A program made the translations under genes and the position numbers. This document shows positions 59,179 through 64,000 of a DNA stretch of 64,000 nt, in pieces. The stretch lies in assembly GCF_003018255.1 (NCBI RefSeq), contig NZ_CP027440.1; one strand, given 5' to 3'. Below the pieces are notes generated by a model. That model was given only the letters and a program-made list of their open reading frames with translations. It was not told where the DNA came from and searched no databases. Origin of the DNA: Escherichia coli (GTDB lineage Bacteria > Pseudomonadota > Gammaproteobacteria > Enterobacterales > Enterobacteriaceae). How positions within the stretch are numbered: the first letter of the stretch is position 1; each line of letters starts with the position of its first letter.

Positions 59179-59441
59179 CTACGCTCCTGAATCTTAAAGA
59201 CAACGGCGGTGGCTACAGATAGAATTGCAAGCTTTCGTAACTCATGTCCGCTGTTGCGATGACTTCGTGTTAATCTTAACGTTATTACGGCATTGGCACG
59301 TCAGAACAAAATCTGAGAGGTGAATCCGTTGAGTATAATTATCTTAGCGACGATTTCGACGACTCAAGAGAATAAATGACGTTTAAGCCATGAAACAAGC
59401 TAAAATCCTGCAAAAGACGAGTTTTTACGGGCGTATTTAAA

Positions 59442-60542
59442 GTGATAATCATAAGATATCTGGTGCGGGAGACGCTCAAAAGCCAGCTGGCGATACTCTT
59501 CATCTTGCTTTTGATCTTCTTCTGTCAAAAGTTAGTGAGGATCCTCGGCGCAGCGGTTGACGGCGATATTCCGGCGAATCTGGTGCTCTCCCTTCTCGGG
59601 TTGGGCGTGCCGGAAATGGCGCAGCTTATCCTGCCATTAAGCCTGTTCCTCGGGCTGCTGATGACGCTGGGCAAACTGTATACCGAAAGTGAAATTACGG
59701 TAATGCATGCCTGCGGCCTGAGCAAAGCGGTTCTGGTGAAAGCGGCAATGATCCTTGCGGTATTCACGGCAATCGTCGCGGCGGTTAACGTGATGTGGGC
59801 GGGACCGTGGTCATCGCGTCATCAGGATGAAGTGTTAGCAGAAGCGAAAGCGAACCCTGGCATGGCGGCGCTGGCGCAAGGGCAATTCCAGCAAGCGACT
59901 AATGGCAGCTCGGTGCTGTTCATCGAAAGCGTTGACGGCAGCGATTTCAAAGATGTGTTCCTCGCGCAAATTCGACCAAAAGGTAATGCACGTCCTTCTG
60001 TGGTGGTGGCCGATTCCGGACATTTAACCCAGCTGCGCGACGGCTCCCAGGTCGTCACTCTCAACCAGGGAACGCGCTTCGAAGGCACTGCACTGTTACG
60101 TGATTTCCGCATTACGGACTTCCAGGATTATCAGGCGATCATTGGTCACCAGGCGGTGGCGCTCGACCCGAACGATACCGACCAGATGGACATGCGCACA
60201 TTGTGGAACACTGACACCGATCGTGCCCGTGCAGAACTGAACTGGCGTATCACGTTGGTATTCACCGTGTTTATGATGGCACTTATGGTCGTACCGCTGA
60301 GCGTGGTTAACCCGCGTCAGGGACGCGTACTGTCGATGCTGCCAGCCATGCTGCTGTATCTACTTTTCTTCCTGATCCAGACCTCCCTGAAATCGAACGG
60401 CGGTAAAGGTAAGCTGGACCCGACGCTGTGGATGTGGACCGTTAACCTGATTTATCTGGCTTTGGCGATTGTTCTCAACCTTTGGGACACCGTGCCGGTC
60501 CGCCGCCTGCGCGCCAGTTTTTCGCGTAAAGGAGCGGTGTGA
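59442..60542 (+). CDS. lptF: LPS export ABC transporter permease LptF
   Basis: 366-aa ORF, GTG start, MIIIRYLVRETLKSQ. Confidence 0.9.
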   Translation: MIIIRYLVRETLKSQLAILFILLLIFFCQKLVRILGAAVDGDIPANLVLSLLGLGVPEMAQLILPLSLFLGLLMTLGKLYTESEITVMHACGLSKAVLVKAAMILAVFTAIVAAVNVMWAGPWSSRHQDEVLAEAKANPGMAALAQGQFQQATNGSSVLFIESVDGSDFKDVFLAQIRPKGNARPSVVVADSGHLTQLRDGSQVVTLNQGTRFEGTALLRDFRITDFQDYQAIIGHQAVALDPNDTDQMDMRTLWNTDTDRARAELNWRITLVFTVFMMALMVVPLSVVNPRQGRVLSMLPAMLLYLLFFLIQTSLKSNGGKGKLDPTLWMWTVNLIYLALAIVLNLWDTVPVRRLRASFSRKGAV

Positions 60543-61624
60543 TGCAACCTTTTGGCGTACTTGACCGCTATATCGGTAAAACTATTTTCACCACCATCAT
60601 GATGACGCTGTTCATGCTGGTGTCGCTGTCGGGCATTATCAAGTTTGTCGATCAGCTGAAAAAAGCCGGGCAGGGGAGTTACGACGCGTTAGGCGCAGGA
60701 ATGTATACCTTGCTGAGCGTGCCGAAAGATGTGCAAATCTTCTTCCCGATGGCGGCTCTGCTTGGGGCGTTGCTTGGTCTTGGGATGCTGGCGCAGCGCA
60801 GCGAACTGGTGGTGATGCAGGCTTCTGGTTTTACCCGTATGCAGGTAGCGCTGTCGGTGATGAAAACCGCCATTCCACTGGTCTTGCTGACGATGGCGAT
60901 TGGCGAATGGGTCGCGCCGCAGGGCGAGCAGATGGCGCGTAACTACCGTGCGCAGGCGATGTACGGCGGCTCGTTGCTCTCTACCCAGCAAGGCTTATGG
61001 GCGAAAGATGGCAACAACTTCGTCTACATTGAGCGGGTTAAAGGTGACGAGGAGTTAGGTGGCATCAGTATTTATGCCTTTAACGAGAATCGTCGTCTGC
61101 AATCCGTACGTTATGCCGCTACCGCGAAGTTTGACCCGGAACATAAAGTCTGGCGTCTGTCGCAGGTTGATGAATCTGACCTGACCAATCCGAAACAGAT
61201 TACCGGTTCGCAGACGGTGAGCGGCACCTGGAAAACCAACCTCACGCCAGACAAACTGGGCGTGGTGGCGCTGGACCCGGATGCACTCTCCATCAGTGGT
61301 TTGCACAACTACGTGAAGTATCTGAAGTCGAGCGGTCAGGATGCCGGACGTTATCAGCTCAACATGTGGAGCAAAATCTTCCAGCCGCTATCCGTGGCGG
61401 TGATGATGCTGATGGCGCTGTCGTTCATCTTTGGCCCACTGCGTAGCGTACCGATGGGCGTGCGTGTGGTCACCGGTATCAGCTTCGGTTTTGTCTTCTA
61501 CGTACTGGACCAGATCTTCGGCCCGCTGACGTTGGTTTATGGCATCCCGCCGATCATCGGCGCACTGTTGCCAAGCGCCAGCTTCTTCTTAATCAGCCTG
61601 TGGCTGTTAATGAGAAAATCGTAA
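60542..61624 (+). CDS. lptG: LPS export ABC transporter permease LptG
   Basis: ORF track frame 60539..61624 (GTG); ATG at 60542 gives 360 aa MQPFGVLDRYIGKTIF; start overlaps the lptF stop. Confidence 0.9.
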   Translation: MQPFGVLDRYIGKTIFTTIMMTLFMLVSLSGIIKFVDQLKKAGQGSYDALGAGMYTLLSVPKDVQIFFPMAALLGALLGLGMLAQRSELVVMQASGFTRMQVALSVMKTAIPLVLLTMAIGEWVAPQGEQMARNYRAQAMYGGSLLSTQQGLWAKDGNNFVYIERVKGDEELGGISIYAFNENRRLQSVRYAATAKFDPEHKVWRLSQVDESDLTNPKQITGSQTVSGTWKTNLTPDKLGVVALDPDALSISGLHNYVKYLKSSGQDAGRYQLNMWSKIFQPLSVAVMMLMALSFIFGPLRSVPMGVRVVTGISFGFVFYVLDQIFGPLTLVYGIPPIIGALLPSASFFLISLWLLMRKS

Positions 61625-61632
61625 TCTAACAA

Positions 61633-61660
61633 GGGAGCGAAAGCTCCCTTTATTATTGTT
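61633..61660 (+). terminator. intrinsic terminator after lptG
   Basis: GGGAGC-gaaa-GCTCCC followed by TTTATTATTGTT. Confidence 0.7.
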
Positions 61661-61688
61661 GACAAAGTCAAATACGAGTTCGAACGGT

Positions 61689-61725
61689 CCCCTCGCCCCT
61701 TTGGGGAGAGGGTTAGGGTGAGGGG
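61689..61725. repeat. boxC-like GC-rich intergenic repeat (copy 2, lptG-yjgR spacer)
   Basis: CCCCTCGCCCCTTTGGGGAGAGGGTTAGGGTGAGGGG; minus-strand ORF 61537..61728 (PLTLTLSPKGRGD) is just its translation. Confidence 0.6.
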
Positions 61726-61742
61726 CACAGATCACGTCTGAC

Positions 61743-63245
61743 TTATCTTTTTCTCCCCCCCAGCAAACTCCCCAACATCCCGCGTACAATCTGATTCGTC
61801 ACCTGGCGAGCGGCGCTTTTCGCCATTGTTTGCACCACACCATCTTTCTTCCCGCCGCGTGGTCCGGTAGTGCCAAACAAAATATCCTTCAATCCACCAA
61901 GAATACCGTCATCCACCGCCACCTCTTTCCCTTTCACGGGGGGATTATTTTGCTGCTCGGTACTGGCCTGAAAGCCTTTTTGCAGCATCTCATAGGCGGA
62001 CTCGCGGTCCACCTCATCTTCATATTTGCCATACACCGGGGAGTGATTAATCAGGCCATTACGCTCATCTTCCGTCACCGGCCCCATTCGCGAACAAGGT
62101 GCGATCACCATCGCCCGTTCCACCACAGAAGGACTCCCTTTTGCATCGAGAAACGAGATTAACGCCTCGCCGGTCCCCAGTTCCTGGATTGCCTTTTCGG
62201 TATCAAATGCCGGATTGGCCCGCATGGTTTGCGCCGCAGCTTTTACTGCTTTCTGATCTTTGGGCGTAAAAGCCCGCAAAGCGTGTTGAACACGATTACC
62301 GAGCTGCCCGAGCACATTATCCGGAATATCAGACGGGTTTTGCGAAACGAACCAGACGCCCACGCCTTTTGAGCGAATAAGCCTTATCACCTGCTCAATC
62401 TTATCCAGCAGTACCTGAGGCGCATCGTTAAACAGCAGATGTGCTTCGTCGAAGAAAAACACCAGTTTTGGTTTCTCCAGATCGCCCGCTTCAGGCAATT
62501 GTTCATATAACTCTGAAAGCATCCACGGCAGGCTGGCGGCGTACAGTTTCGGCATCTGATAAAGTTTCTCGGCGCTGAGGATATTGATAACGCCTTTACC
62601 GTTGGCATCGGTGCGCATCCAGTCTTTGATATCCAGCATCGGCTCACCAAAGAAGTGTGCTGCGCCTTGCTGTTCCAGCGACAGTAATCCGCGCTGGATG
62701 GCACCAACCGATGCGCTACTGATATTTCCGTACTGATTCTGGAAGGATTTGGCGTTATCGCCGATGTACTGGGTAATCGCCCGCAAATCTTTAAAGTCGA
62801 GCAGCAACAATCCCTGATCGTCCGCAATGCGGAAGATAATATTCAGCACGCCAGATTGCACATCGTTGAGATTCAACAGTCGCGCCAGCAACAGCGGCCC
62901 CAGATCCGAAACCGTCGCCCGCACCGGGTGGCCTTTCTCGCCAAAGATATCCCACACCACCACCGGATTAGCATGAGGTTGCCAGTCATTTACGCCGATA
63001 TTTTTAAGCCTTGCGAGCAGTTTTTCCGAAGAAGTACCTTCCTCCGCTACTCCCGTTAAATCACCTTTCACATCGGCCATAAACACCGGCACGCCGATTT
63101 CAGATAGAGACTCTGCCAGTTTTTGCAGCGTAACGGTTTTACCCGTCCCCGTTGCGCCAGTAATCAGCCCGTGACGATTCGCCATTCCCGGCAATAAAAA
63201 CAGTTCTGTGTCCGACGTGCGGGCAATTAACAGGGGTTCGCTCAT
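61743..63245 (-). CDS. yjgR: DUF853-family P-loop NTPase YjgR (HerA/FtsK-like ATPase fold)
   Basis: ORF 61743..63293; start [38 protein letters not shown] at 63245 (ggagg SD) gives 500 aa; Walker A GATGTGKT. Confidence 0.85.
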   Translation of the reverse strand: MSEPLLIARTSDTELFLLPGMANRHGLITGATGTGKTVTLQKLAESLSEIGVPVFMADVKGDLTGVAEEGTSSEKLLARLKNIGVNDWQPHANPVVVWDIFGEKGHPVRATVSDLGPLLLARLLNLNDVQSGVLNIIFRIADDQGLLLLDFKDLRAITQYIGDNAKSFQNQYGNISSASVGAIQRGLLSLEQQGAAHFFGEPMLDIKDWMRTDANGKGVINILSAEKLYQMPKLYAASLPWMLSELYEQLPEAGDLEKPKLVFFFDEAHLLFNDAPQVLLDKIEQVIRLIRSKGVGVWFVSQNPSDIPDNVLGQLGNRVQHALRAFTPKDQKAVKAAAQTMRANPAFDTEKAIQELGTGEALISFLDAKGSPSVVERAMVIAPCSRMGPVTEDERNGLINHSPVYGKYEDEVDRESAYEMLQKGFQASTEQQNNPPVKGKEVAVDDGILGGLKDILFGTTGPRGGKKDGVVQTMAKSAARQVTNQIVRGMLGSLLGGRKR

Positions 63246-63330
63246 GAGATATCCTCCAGTTTCCTGCCTGGAGTATAGGCAACGGCTGCGCACTCTTCAC
63301 CGCTAAATTCAGCAGATTGCGAGACGCCTT

Positions 63331-63367
63331 CCAAAGAGATTTAAACGCCGGGCGACAGGCACCCGGC
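63331..63367 (-). terminator. candidate terminator after ahr
   Basis: GCCGGG-cgacaggca-CCCGGC hairpin followed on the minus strand by a U-rich stretch (gtttaaatctcttt). Confidence 0.4.
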
Positions 63368-63374
63368 AAAGGGA

Positions 63375-64000
63375 TCAGAAGTCGGCTTTCAGAACCACGC
63401 GGTAGCGCGCTTTACCATCGCGTACATGCTGGATAGCGTCGTTAATTTTCGACATCGGGAACAGTTCGGTAGTCGGCGCAACCTTGCTGCGGGCGGCAAA
63501 GCGCATCAGCTTACGCAGCTCATAAGGCGTGCCGGTAGCAGAACCAGAGACGCTGCGGTCGCCCGCAATTAACGTAAAGGCCGGAACAGACAGCGGCGTG
63601 AGAACCGCACCGACCGTATGGAAATTACCGCCATACGTCAGCGCCTCAAAATAAGGCTGCCAGTCGAGGCTGACGTTGACGGTGTTGATAATGAGATCAA
63701 ACTGCCCCGCCAGTGCTTTGAGTGCCTGCGGATCGCGGCTATTCACCACTTTATCGGCACCCATCGCCAGTACTTCCTGCTCTTTCGCCGGATTAGAACT
63801 AAAGGCTGTCACCTCGCATCCCATTGCGTGCAGAAGTTTTATAGCGATATGCCCCAGCCCGCCAATACCAATCACGCCGACGCGGCTGGTGGCAGTGATA
63901 TGGTGCATCAACAGTGGTTTAAAGACCGTGATACCGCCGCACAACAGCGGCCCAGCAGATTCAATGTCGATATTTTCTGGCAGTGGGATTACCCATTGCC
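63375..64000 (-). CDS. ahr: NADPH-dependent aldehyde reductase Ahr (YjgB), Zn-dependent MDR family; 5' end beyond window
   Basis: Open frame continues to the window edge; C-terminal Rossmann region [16 protein letters not shown] and ending [10 protein letters not shown]. Confidence 0.8.

Noticed and set aside
61537-61789. Minus-strand ORFs of 60-63 aa (PLTLTLSPKGRGD...)
   Set aside because: They are the translation of the boxC-like repeat and the lptG terminator, not genes.

Overview
This 64-kb window reads as an Escherichia coli-type chromosomal segment, syntenic with the K-12 ytfB-to-ahr(yjgB) region (about 95-96.5 min). I find about 58 densely packed protein-coding genes and no rRNA, tRNA, IS/transposon, integrase, prophage or CRISPR signal. 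All gene identifications are from my own reading of the ORF translations against remembered protein families; no database search was run, and comparisons to K-12 are from memory.

Gene content, in order: an accessory 4-gene cluster (crotonase, TIM-barrel isomerase-like, SDR, TetR), ytfB, fklB, cycA, ytfE, ytfF, qorB, ytfH, cpdB, cysQ, ytfJ, ytfK, ytfL, msrA, tamA, tamB, ytfP, ppa, ytfQRT-yjfF, fbp, mpl, yjgA, pmbA, cybC, nrdG, nrdD, treC, treB, treR, mgtL-mgtA, ridA, pyrI, pyrB, pyrL, yjgH, bdcA, bdcR, tabA, yjgL (split), argI, rraB, yjgM, yjgN, valS, holC, pepA, lptF, lptG, yjgR, and the 3' part of ahr.

Several known regulatory elements can be read directly: the NsrR operator at ytfE, the PhoP box and mgtL leader at mgtA, the TreR operator, tandem ARG boxes at argI, the pyrBI attenuator, and FNR/NrdR boxes at nrdDG. 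Six REP/BIME clusters and two boxC-like repeats are also present.

I do not see a convincing defence island or mobile-element-borne novel system. The most plausible places for something undescribed are:
- the TetR-controlled three-enzyme operon at the 5' end (1-3272), which as far as I recall is reduced to a pseudogene in K-12;
- the AT-rich yjgL locus, which is interrupted by an in-frame TAA and carries a 7-unit 18-bp coding tandem repeat;
- the AT-rich yjgM/yjgN pair.

Relative to K-12 as I remember it, this strain appears to lack ytfI, the chpSB toxin-antitoxin pair and the idn locus, and to carry an intact cybC. Several unreported-looking palindromes sit in divergent promoter regions next to local regulators (bdcR, ytfH, the accessory TetR, ytfQ upstream).
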